Below, piece after piece: positions 28,065 through 43,867 of a stretch of 64,000 nt of DNA (position 1 is its first letter; each line of letters begins with the position of its first letter). Made by a program: the position numbers and the translations under genes. The stretch covers positions 95,790,001-95,854,000 of the forward strand of contig NC_043001.1 in NCBI RefSeq assembly GCF_006345805.1, read 5' to 3'. The DNA comes from Octopus sinensis (taxonomy: Eukaryota). The notes under the pieces are model-generated. The model worked only from the letters and a program-made list of their open reading frames with translations, was not told where the DNA came from and made no database searches.

Positions 28065-28158
28065 GACCCCTGGCCTATAGAAGAACCATACCTGGTACTT
28101 TTACAGGGCTTTCTCAATAGTCCTTGAAGACTGGGATATTACGGCACTACTCGTATGC

Positions 28159-28160
<2 letters not shown>
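27801..28160. repeat. Three diverged ~92-bp units each followed by (TA)n (period ~130-140 bp)
   Basis: CTGGCCTATAGAAGAA(A/C)CATA...GGGCTTTCTCAATA..CC.GAAGACT.G.ATATT.CGGCAC starts at ~27801, ~27939 and ~28067. Confidence 0.9.
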
Positions 28161-28198
<38 letters not shown>

Positions 28199-28750
28199 TA
28201 TATATTATATATATATATATTATATAAAAGGGCTTAGTAAAATAAATTACTTTGCCGCATACTAAACTCGTTAGAAATAGCAGCTAAAAAACTATTTCTA
28301 ACACTTAAAGAAAACCTCTCTCATATAGTGCTTGCTCAATATTTAAGTGTTAGAAATAGTTTTTTTAGCTGCTATTTCTAACGAGTTCAGTATGCGGCAA
28401 AGTAATTTATTTTACTAAGCCCTTTTATATAATGTAATAATTTGAATTTGCCTTAAATGGTCCCTTTGCATACTGAATACTTGGTGAAATTGATTAATTA
28501 ATTAATTAATTTTACCCTCAATTGTTGAAATTATAATTCATCTCTCTCTACTTAATTGTCTTGGATTTTACCGAAAAAAAGCGTAGTGTTTGCTGATTTT
28601 AACCCACGCTGGTGGAAAGGGGAGAACAGAAATTTTTCTCTTGCATATTTGAGTTAGCTAGCACTGTTAGTTGGGAACAGATCTTCAGAAGCGATAACAA
28701 GCCGAAAGGGTATGCTCCCATTTTCAGTGTTTTCAAACTCAAACAAGGGC

Positions 28751-28810
28751 ATTCTGAGCTGATGAGAGAAGGGTCGAATTTGGCTAATCTTGAAACGTAC
28801 GTACTCAAAT
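28751..28810 (+). ncRNA. Type I hammerhead ribozyme, copy 1
   Basis: Stem I ATT(C)TGAG/CTCAAAT; core CTGATGA (28759-28765); stem II GAGA..GGTC-GAATTT-GGCT..TCTT; GAAA (28792-28795); stem III AC-GTAC-GT with palindromic loop; cleavage triplet GTA (28801-28803). Confidence 0.85.
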
Positions 28811-29300
28811 AACCTTTGCATTTGATTTTTTAATGTCTCTACCCTCATACTTTCTTGGGTTGAATTGAGCAAGCACTATATGAGAGAGGTTTTCTTTAAG
28901 TGTTAGAAATAGTTTTTTTAGCTGCTATTTCTAACGAGTTCAGTATGCGGCAAAGTATTTATTTTACTAAGCCCTTTTATATAATGTAATAATTTGAATT
29001 TGCCTTAAATGGTCCCTTTGCATACTGAATACTTGGTGAAATTGATTAATTAATTAATTAATTTTACCCTCAATTGTTGAAATTATAATTCATCTCTCTC
29101 TACTTAATTGTCTTGGATTTTACCGAAAAAAGCGTAGTGTTTGCTGATTTTAACCCACGCTGGTGGAAAGGGGAGAACAGAAATTTTTCTCTTGCATATT
29201 GAGTTAGCTAGCACTGTTAGTTGGGAACAGATCTTCAGAAGCGATAACAAGCCGAAAGGGTATGCTCCCATTTTCAGTGTTTTCAAACTCAAACAAGGGC

Positions 29301-29360
29301 ATTCTGAGCTGATGAGAGAAGGGTCGAATTTGGCTAATCTTGAAACGTACGTACTCAAAT
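29301..29360 (+). ncRNA. Type I hammerhead ribozyme, copy 2
   Basis: Identical to copy 1; predicted cleavage after 29353. Confidence 0.85.
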
Positions 29361-29852
29361 AACCTTTGCATTTGATTTTTTAATGTCTCTACCCTCATAC
29401 TTTCTTGGGTTGAATTGAGCAAGCACTATATGAGAGAGGTTTTCTTTAAGTGTTAGAAATAGTTTTTTTAGCTGCTATTTCTAACGAGTTCAGTATGCGG
29501 CAAAGTAATTTATTTTACTAAGCCCTTTTATATAATGTAATAATTTGAATTTGCCTTAAATGGTCCCTTTGCATACTGAATACTTGGTGAAATTGATTAA
29601 TTAATTAATTAATTTTACCCTCAATTGTTGAAATTATAATTCATCTCTCTCTACTTAATTGTCTTGGATTTTACCGAAAAAAAGCGTAGTGTTTGCTGAT
29701 TTTAACCCACGCTGGTGAAAGGGGAGAACAGAAATTTTTCTCTTGCATATTTGAGTTAGCTAGCACTGTTAGTTGGGAACAGATCTTCAGAAGCGATAAC
29801 AAGCCGAAAGGGTATGCTCCCATTTTCAGTGTTTTCAAACTCAAACAAGGGC

Positions 29853-29912
29853 ATTCTGAGCTGATGAGAGAAGGGTCGAATTTGGCTAATCTTGAAACGT
29901 ACGTACTCAAAT
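29853..29912 (+). ncRNA. Type I hammerhead ribozyme, copy 3
   Basis: Identical to copy 1; predicted cleavage after 29905. Confidence 0.85.
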
Positions 29913-30409
29913 AACCTTTGCATTTGATTTTTTAATGTCTCTACCCTCATACTTTCTTGGGTTGAATTGAGCAAGCACTATATGAGAGAGGTTTTCTTAA
30001 GTGTTAGAAATAGTTTTTTTAGCTGCTATTCTAACGAGTTCAGTATGCGGCAAAGTAATTTATTTTACTAAGCCCTTTTATATAATGTAATAATTTGAAT
30101 TTGCCTTAAATGGTCCCTTTGCATACTGAATACTTGGTGAAATTGATTAATTAATTAATTAATTTTACCCTCAATTGTTGAAATTATAATTCATCTCTCT
30201 ATACTCTCTACTTAATTGTCTTGGATTTTACCGAAAAAAAGCGTAGTGTTTGCTGATTTTAACCCACGCTGGTGGAAAGGGGAGAACAGAAATTTTTCTC
30301 TTGCATATTTGAGTTAGCTAGCACTGTTAGTTGGGAACAGATCTCCAGAAGCGATAACAAGCCGAAGGGTATGCTCCCATTTTCAGTGTTTTCAAACTCA
30401 AACAAGGGC

Positions 30410-30467
30410 ATTCTGAGCTGATGAGAGAAGGGTCGAATTTGGCTAATCTTGAACGTACGTACTCAAA
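30410..30467 (+). ncRNA. Type I hammerhead ribozyme, copy 4 (GAAA reads GAA; inactive or homopolymer error)
   Basis: CTGATGA at 30418-30424; GAACGTACGTA at 30451 lacks one A of the core. Confidence 0.6.
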
Positions 30468-30763
30468 TAACCTTTGCATTTGATTTTTTAATGTCTCTAC
30501 CCTCATACTTTCTTGGGTTGAATTGAGCAAGCACTATATGAGAGAGGTTTTCTTTAAGTGTTAGAAATAGTTTTTTTAGCTGCTATTTCTAACGAGTTCA
30601 GTATGCGGCAAAGTAATTTATTTTACTAAGCCCTTTTATATAATGTAATAATTTGAATTTGCCTTAAATGGTCCCTTTGCATACTGAATACTTGGTGAAA
30701 TTGATTAATTAATTAATTAATTTTACCCTCAATTGTTGAAATTATATATATATAATATTATAT

Positions 30764-30803
<40 letters not shown>

Positions 30804-30806
<3 letters not shown>

Positions 30807-31277
30807 CGACTCCTCATTCATGTTTCCTCCAAACAAATTACTGTTTTCTTATTTCCTGATATCGTACGATTTATGTCGCTTGTCTTCTTCTCTGATGTAT
30901 TTTATATCTATTTTTCTTACTGAAATTATTATATTGTCTGGCAAGTCTCACAATGAATGTTGTGCCAAATTATTACTTTTGAGAAAGAAAAATATCTGCC
31001 TTCCTTATACTATTCATTCATTGCAGCATATTTTGCTCACAAAGCATACTTCTAACAATTAAAGCATATGAACGAATTGTGTTTGCACAATTAACTCTAA
31101 TTAAATGCGTTTTCACAAGAAATTCTGTAGAAGTAGTAAAGGGAAGAAAAGAACAAGGAAGAATTATTCTACTGACTTTATTATTTACATCAACAATCAC
31201 ACAGGCAGCATATACATGCACATACACAGAGACAAGAGCATAGACACCCACACACGAGTGTGTGCGCGCGCATGTGT

Positions 31278-31342
<65 letters not shown>

Positions 31343-31351
31343 TATATATAT

Positions 31352-31414
<63 letters not shown>

Positions 31415-31885
31415 CGACTCCTCATTCATGTTTCCTCCAAACAAATTACTGTTTTCTTATTTCCTGATATCGTACGATTTATGTCGCTTGTCTTCTTCTC
31501 TGATGTATTTTATATCTATTTTTCTTACTGAAATTATTATATTGTCTGGCAAGTCTCACAATGAATGTTGTGCCAAATTATTACTTTTGAGAAAGAAAAA
31601 TATCTGCCTTCCTTATACTATTCATTCATTGCAGCATATTTTGCTCACAAAGCATACTTCTAACAATTAAAGCATATGAACGAATTGTGTTTGCACAATT
31701 AACTCTAATTAAATGCGTTTTCACAAGAAATTCTGTAGAAGTAGTAAAGGGAAGAAAAGAACAAGGAAGAATTATTCTACTGACTTTATTATTTACATCA
31801 ACAATCACACAGGCAGCATATACATGCACATACACAGAGACAAGAGCATAGACACCCACACACGAGTGTGTGCGCGCGCATGTGT

Positions 31886-31950
<65 letters not shown>

Positions 31951-31952
31951 TA

Positions 31953-32022
<70 letters not shown>

Positions 32023-32486
32023 CGACTCCTCATTCATGTTCCTCCAAACAAATTACTGTTTTCTTATTTCCTGATATCGTACGATTTATGTCGCTTGTCT
32101 TCTTCTCTGATGTATTTTATATCTATTTTTCTTACTGAAATTATTATATTGTCTGGCAAGTCTCACAATGAATGTTGTGCCAAATTATTACTTTTGAGAA
32201 AGAAAAATATCTGCCTTCCTTATACTATTCATTCATTGCAGCATATTTTGCTCACAAAGCATACTTCTAACAATTAAAGCATATGAACGAATTGTGTTTG
32301 CACAATTAACTCTAATTAAATGCGTTTTCACAAGAAATTCTGTAGAAGTAGTAAAGGGAAGAAAAGAACAAGGAAGAATTATTCTACTGACTTTATTATT
32401 TACATCAACAATCACACAGGCAGCATATACATGCACATACACAGAGACAAGAGCATAGACACCCACACACGAGTGTGTGCGCGCGC

Positions 32487-32492
<6 letters not shown>
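30804..32492. repeat. Three near-identical ~480-bp units separated by (TA)n (period 608 bp)
   Basis: TTGCGACTCCTCATTCATG starts at 30804, 31412 and 32020; each unit ends GTGTGTGCGCGCGCATGTG(TA)n. Confidence 0.95.
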
Positions 32493-32572
<80 letters not shown>

Positions 32573-32774
32573 ATATATATAATATATATATATATAATAT
32601 ATATATATATACATATATATACACACACATATATATTCATGCATATGTCAATGTATACATGGTTCTATTTATCTATCTATTTGTGTATATATATATATAC
32701 TTGAAAATATATTCACATGTATATATATACAGCAATTTACACATACACATATAAACACACAAATACACACACAC

Positions 32775-32818
<44 letters not shown>

Positions 32819-33044
32819 ATATATGCATAAATGTGTTTAGACACTTATGTGTGTGTATTTACATACAAATATATTAATATATTTATTGATATACACATGT
32901 TTAAATATATGTATATTGCGGATTCCATAGATGTAGTATACGTAGGAAGCAACGTTTTTACACAGAAGTTTATAGAAGCGTCTTTTGTATGTAATCTGTC
33001 TGGCGAAATAGACAAGACAACTGAAAATTGTCGATCACGTCTGT

Positions 33045-33390
33045 GAATACGTAGTCGGGCGAAGCTATACCGGCTTACTTTTGCTTCTCTCGTGGAAGCG
33101 TCATCCAACCAAAATGCAAATATATGGGAAACTACCACCTGTGTCATCTCTTGTGAAAAGTAGGAGAGTCGAGTTTGCTGGACATTGTTGTAGAACTGAA
33201 AACGAGGCAATGTCTACTCTTCTCCTCTGGAAGACCAGAGGGTACACACTCTCCTACCCTGACGTAATCTCCGGGGATACAGGCATCCAGCATCAGGACC
33301 TCCGTAATGCTATGATGGACCGTGAAGTCTGGCGTAGCATGGTAAATTCCATTGTCTCGACCACGGTCGAACAATGGTGATGATGATAGG
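33045..33390 (+). mobile_element. 3-prime fragment of RTE-clade LINE with short (TGA)n tail
   Basis: LSWKRHPTKMQIYGKLPPVSSLVKSRRVEFAGHCCR...LRNAMMDREVWRSMV is a typical RTE ORF C-terminus (RR..FAGH, AM.DR..WR), followed by TGATGATGAT. Confidence 0.8.
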
Positions 33391-34808
33391 AGATCAAACG
33401 TTTTCTGTAAGAACAACTACTCTCCGAAGGTTTCTACTAATTTGTGTTTGCATCCCTGCATATTTCCAGGGCTTAGTTTCTCTATAAATGACGCTTTCTC
33501 TGGCCGCCTGTGTCCGATAAGACCACTAAACCCAATGCGACGTTTCACACTCCAGGTTGTTAATTTAGAACAGACACTTTCAATATAGACTCTCACACGC
33601 CTAGAAACGCAGAAGTAAATAAGTAGCTTCTCAATAATATGTATCGCTTTCGCACAGTGTTTTTGTATAAATTTTGTGTCGTGTCAAATTATTTTCTTAC
33701 AAGCTTGATGAAGCTCGAATTTCATTTTTGATGGTATTGATAGTATTTCGTGCAATTTGGGGTTTACAAACCGCATTTGCGTACATGCTAACAAATAATT
33801 GCTTCCAAATGTTTTTCTTCTGCGCAGTGTGTGTGCATGTGTGTATGTGTGTATCTGTACATATATATATATATTTCTTAATATAAGAGCTGTAATGTAT
33901 GCTCAATAATATGAGATACATACTGCAAACTTATGAAGGGAATACATGGTAGAGAATGACCGATATGCTTCCTAGACCAAATATTGGCAGACTACACTGA
34001 AATGGGTAATAAATGTCTCTGAAAACAAAATTTAATGATGTAGACTTTCTATTAGAATCTCATTTTTAAGGTGTGTGTAAATAAATATAGGCCTAACTTC
34101 TTAACTTCACTTACGTTAATATTATATATAAAGTTCACTGAGAATGTTTGAGATGGTTAATGAGAGTAATATTGATTCTCTTTCAAACGACAGGGTCTGA
34201 TTGATATAATTAAATGTTAGGGTTAGGTTAGTGTTCTGGTTCATTGGTCATATTTTATATTTTATAATCTGAAGATTGACACATTGATTTGAAATGGAGA
34301 TGAACAACCAAATGTTTCGTCAATAGGAATATAAAATGAGACGTAAAAACACAACATAAATACAAGTACTAATCGCATCAGCATAGAAGGCAATAGGACC
34401 AAAGAAATAGGGCAATAAAACACACACACATACACACACACACACACACATATATATATCCATAAATACAAGCGTTGATCGTTGGCGATTTTTTCCTCCT
34501 TATGTATGTATGAATGTACGTAATTATGTATGTATATATGTATCTATCTGTCGATGTACGTGTCTGTGTTGTGTCTGTGTTTTCTCTCTCATTGCCGATT
34601 CTCTGCTGGTTTTGATGTCCCTACAACATACCAATTCCGCGAAAGAGATCGTTAGAATACATACAAGGCTGTAGAAATATGTTCTGGGATCTATTTCTTC
34701 CAATAAAGACCTTCAAGACAGTGCTTCGCCATGATCGCTGTCAAATAAATAAGGCAATTAAAAGAATAAAGGCTAAATGAATAGATAGATTATTAGATAG
34801 ATAAACGT

Positions 34809-35069
34809 GGAGGCGCAATGGTCCAGTGGTTAGGGCAGCGGACTCGCGGTCATAGGATCACGGTTTCGATTGCCAGACCGGGCGTTGTGTGTATATTGAG
34901 CGAAAACACCTAACGTTCCACGAGGCTCCGGCAGGGGGTGGTGGCGACCCCATGTTCTACTCGTTCGCCCCAAATTTCTCTTATTCTTTCTCCCTGTTTC
35001 TTGAGTAACGCTGCGATGGACTGGCGTACCGTCCGCTGGGGGGAACACATTCGCCACGGAAACCAGGAG
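34809..35069 (+). mobile_element. tRNA-derived SINE, family 4 (OR-like), 3-prime end lost at (GATA)n
   Basis: GGAGGCGCAATGGTCCAGTGGTTAGGGCAGCGGACTC...GGTTTCGATTGCC tRNA-like A/B boxes; homologous to the reverse copy at 51311-51603. Confidence 0.85.
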
Positions 35070-39983
<4,914 letters not shown>

Positions 39984-40389
39984 TGTTTCTTTATTAGCCA
40001 CACAGGGCTGCACACAGATAGAACAAATTACAAGGTAGAGCTTTTCTTTTGAAGGTATTGAAAAAAAAAAAAAAAAAAAAAATAGGAAGGGGGAGGTTCG
40101 ATCAAAAGGGATCGTAAAAGGAGAGAAAGAGGACAAAAAAAAAGGGGGGTAAAAAAAAAAAAAAGGGGAGAGGAAAAAAAAAAAAAAAAAAAAAAAGATC
40201 AATAGGGATCGTTATCACAGAAATGTCAATATGAAGTGTAAAGGGGAGGACAGGTGAGGTTTACCCGTGGAAGAAAAAGCCTACGGAAAAGACCACGGTA
40301 ACCTCGGTCAATGAAGTCACATTTTTATTTCTTTTTTTTTTTTTTTTTTTTTTTTTGCAAATAGTAACTCTCTGTTTTCGATTTCTGGT

Positions 40390-43300
40390 TCATAGGACTA
40401 TGCTCAAGGTGGCTTCGTTCGTCATTCATACGTGCCATTCTTGCAACATTCACCCATCTTTTTTTAAAACATTCGCTAGACAAAACTTGCCTCTCTACTC
40501 TCACTTTCCTTTTCAAGTGGTACTTGAAGAAGTTGATGAGAGATTGACCAGAGAGGAAAGTGTTTGTCTCCAATCCTTTCAGACGCGTCCACCAGATACA
40601 TTCTTTCGCCATAGCCACAAGGATGATGAAAATAGCTCTTCCTTCCCGTTTGAAGGAAGGAGGCGTGACAATATTGACGATAGACTCAGCTGATAAACCG
40701 ACTCGTCCCACACGTGACAGCAGTTGTTCGACATAAGCCCACAGGTCGGAAATTGTTGGACACTGAACGAGTGCGTGCAGAACGGTTTCGTCGCTCTGAC
40801 CGCATCTCGGGCAGGTCGGCCCCGTGTTTCTCGAGCCGTGTCTGTAGAGCTTATCCCGAACGGGTAGCGCTTCTCGGTAGCACTGCCAGGCCAGGGATCT
40901 CTGGAAGTTGTCCATGGGCCCTGGCCCGAAAGTCGTCCCGAACAGGCGGGTCAGGTACTCCTCGTCGACGTCTAGGTTCGCCCCGAGCTCGTCGTCGTAC
41001 CTCCCCTCCACTAAACCCCTATAGAATGCTTTGGTTGTGTTGAAGTCACTTAAGGTCGACCCAGGACGGCAGACTTGCTTGAGAGCAACGCGACACTCGC
41101 GGTGCCATTCGCCCTTCCTCGCCTCTTTTTGATCCACGACTGCAGTTCGGTCATGGAGACGAGCTGCGGGAAAGCGTGCCTCACAAACGGCGACCACACC
41201 TGTTCACCGTCGTCTACATAGAGCCAGAGATGTCGCAGTCTCAGCGCGTGTCTGCGCATCATCAACCACGGCATGCCCAGCCCTCCTTTTAACGGGTGTT
41301 GACAGCAAATGGATCGCCTGACCATCGGGACGCATCCTTTCCACAAGAAGCGAAAGAGGATGCGTTGTAGTTTGGTGATGGTAGGGTCGGGACAAGGTAC
41401 GACGGTCAGGCGGTAGTAGATGACGGACGCGATGTATGTTCGCCACCTCCTCCCTCGACCTTTTAGGGACAGTTTCCTCTCGGCCCATTGCCGGGCGAGA
41501 GTCACCACCCTACTCGTTATCTCGTTCCAGTTCTTCTCCACTTGGAGGTCCGGACCAAACCAGACCCCGAGCAACTCAACCGGGCCGTCGGTCCAGCGTC
41601 CCACGACGGAGGCGCTGGTGGACGGCATGGGCTTGCTTCTCCAGGTGCCTAGTCGCAAGCCCACTGACTTTTCCCGGTTGATTTTCGCTCCTGTCACCGC
41701 TTCGTAGTTTTTCAGTGTCTCGCCGCCGACCAGCTCGATGTGCTCGTGGCTAGACACTATGACCGTGACGTCGTCCGCGTATGCAGACACGCTCGTCCCG
41801 CATCCCAATTCTCGCGGGATGCCCCTTAGAGTCGCCAGCTTCCGCAGTAGAGTGGCTCAAGAGTCAATACGTATAGAAGCGCCGAGAGGGGGCATCCCTG
41901 ACGGACCGAACGTGCAATGTCGAAAGGTCTCGATAGATGTCCATTTACGCGAATTACCGAACGGATGCCTCTGTACAAGGCAGCTATCCAGCCGCGGAAG
42001 ACGGGACCGAAACCAGCCGCTCTCAGGACTGCCTCCAAGTATCGATGGTCCACCCTATCAAAGGCTTTTGATTGATCCAAGTTGATCAGGGCCCCACCCA
42101 TGCCAGGTTCGTTAACTACCCTGTCTATGATGTAGCGCATCAGATGGAGGTTGTCATGGATGGTCCGGCCTGGCACGGCGCATGTTTGCGCCTTGTCGAC
42201 CAGTTTCTCGATGACAAGCGCCAACCTCTTGGCTAGCACCTTGGCCAAAATTTTCAAGTCTGCATTAAGCAGAGTGATGGGCCTAAAGTTATCTATTACA
42301 TTTCCCTTGTTTAGATCTTTCTTCAGCAGTGTTACGGCTCCTCGGCTCACAAAACCAGGAATGCTCCCGTTTTGCTGCCAGTTGCAGTACACCGCCGCCA
42401 AGAGATCTCCAAACAAGTCTGGCATACAATTGTAAAGCTCGTAGGGTAGACCATCCAAACCCGGTGATTTGTCCCTCGAGCATTCTGCCATCGCTTCCCG
42501 CACTTCCGCCGCCGTGATGGCACCTTCGCAGCACCCTGCCTTTCTTGTCGAGAGTCGTGGTAGGCTATGTAGGTAGGCACTGAAGTCCACCCTACGTTCT
42601 TGCCCTCCACTCGTTCCGAACAGTCGGGCAAAATGCTGCTGAAAGGCCTCACACATTTTACTTGGCTCGAGCAATTCGCGCCCCTGTTCATCTACCAGTG
42701 ACCGAATGGTGGCTTTGTTGCCCTGTTGCGCCTCTGCCACCCGGGCCTCTCTCGCGGCTCCAACACCTTCGTTCCTTAGAGCACGCATCCTAGCTCTGAC
42801 AGCACATCCTTCGTGTTTGGCGTTGAAGTGTTGGTCGAGGGCCAACCTCGCCGCCAAAACGTCGGATGCGATGCCGCTTCTAATTGCCTCTTCTAGCTTC
42901 TTAACTAGCTCACCCTCTACTCTATTTCTATCTATGGCTAGTGCTTTGCTGTACCTAATCGCTTCTGCTTTTACTGCTCTCTTGAGGGCAAACCACCATT
43001 TGTTGTTGATGATGGCTCCCGTCAAAGCCCTCTTTACTAGTGTGCTAATCCGGTCTCTGAAAACTTGTCTCGATGGGAAAGACGCGTTTAGTTTCCAGTA
43101 TCCGGGACCCTGCCTAAGTGTCTTACCTAAGTCTAGCGTACATGTCACAAGTTTGTGATCCGTGTAGCTGACTATGTGGAATTGTGGACATCCTATGCTA
43201 TCTCTATCTACTGTCCTACACAGTATCCTATCTAGATACGATCTCGACGACCCGATGCGGTTGCTCCATGTCCACGTTGGCGCATTCGGGTGGTCTAGTC

Positions 43301-43837
43301 GAAACCTGTCAGACAGTTGAAAGCGTCTGAGCAGGTCTCTGAGGCATTTGCATCCCCGTCTATTCCTATCTCTACCCACGTAGTCTACATGCGTGTCCAA
43401 GGTAGCATTCCAATCCCCCACTAAGAGTAAAGGACGAGACGTTCCCAAGAAAACTTCTAGACGTTGAAAGAAATCCGCCCGACCTGTTAAGGGCGGTGCG
43501 TAAACTGATACGAGTCGAAAAGCGCACCCATTGCTGCCGTCGACATCCAGGACGACCAGTCTACCCTCCGGGTCTACGAATATTGTCCTTACATTGAGAT
43601 CCAGACTCTTGTGAAAAAGTACCGCGGTGCCACTACCGCCCATTCTCGGCAGGCACAGGGGGAAAAATAAATGTTGAACTGTCCGCCAAACATGGTCTTT
43701 AGGGCCCGCGGATTGTGGAGTCTGGTCTCGCTTATGGCTATGATTTCTAACTTATGTGACTTTATGTCATTTAAGAGGTACCCTTGTTTCCAAGGGGACC
43801 CCAAGCCACGCGCATTTACACAACCAATCTTGATCAT
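40390..43837 (-). CDS. Tx1 ORF2: APE endonuclease + reverse transcriptase + C-terminal CCHC (several frameshifts)
   Basis: Starts MIKIGCVNARGL...IAISETRL; 605-aa piece 43643-41826 with GDWN, YLDRIL, TDH, RQGCPLS; YADD at ~41775; TCPRCGQSDETVLHALVQC. Stop placed by homology to copy C (TGA at 46525). Confidence 0.85.
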
Positions 43838-43867
43838 AGTTCTAATGAATAGAATACAGAGGGTTAC

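Larger units (their letters stand above)
28219..30745 (+). mobile_element. Tandem array of ~552-bp hammerhead-containing units with inverted terminal segment (Penelope-like pLTR / non-LTR retrozyme)
   Basis: Near-identical units start at ~28342, 28895, 29445, 29997 and 30553 (partial). 28219-28340 is the reverse complement of 28864-28985. Each full unit contains a hammerhead core. (TA)n flanks both ends. Confidence 0.8.

Noticed and set aside
28599-30530. Repeated 66-84 aa ORFs (MERGEQKFF..., MLNSTQES..., MSTYVSRL...) in the 552-bp array
   Set aside because: They are short, overlap on both strands, change with 1-bp indels between units and contain no recognisable PLE RT or GIY-YIG motif.
28342-32492. 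Tandem arrays as CRISPR-like repeat-spacer structure
   Set aside because: The units are whole-length near-identical with no unique spacers, and the context is eukaryotic.
34809-34885. tRNA gene
   Set aside because: It is the tRNA-like head of a SINE continuing into a repeat body shared with 51311-51603, and has no proper acceptor stem or terminator.
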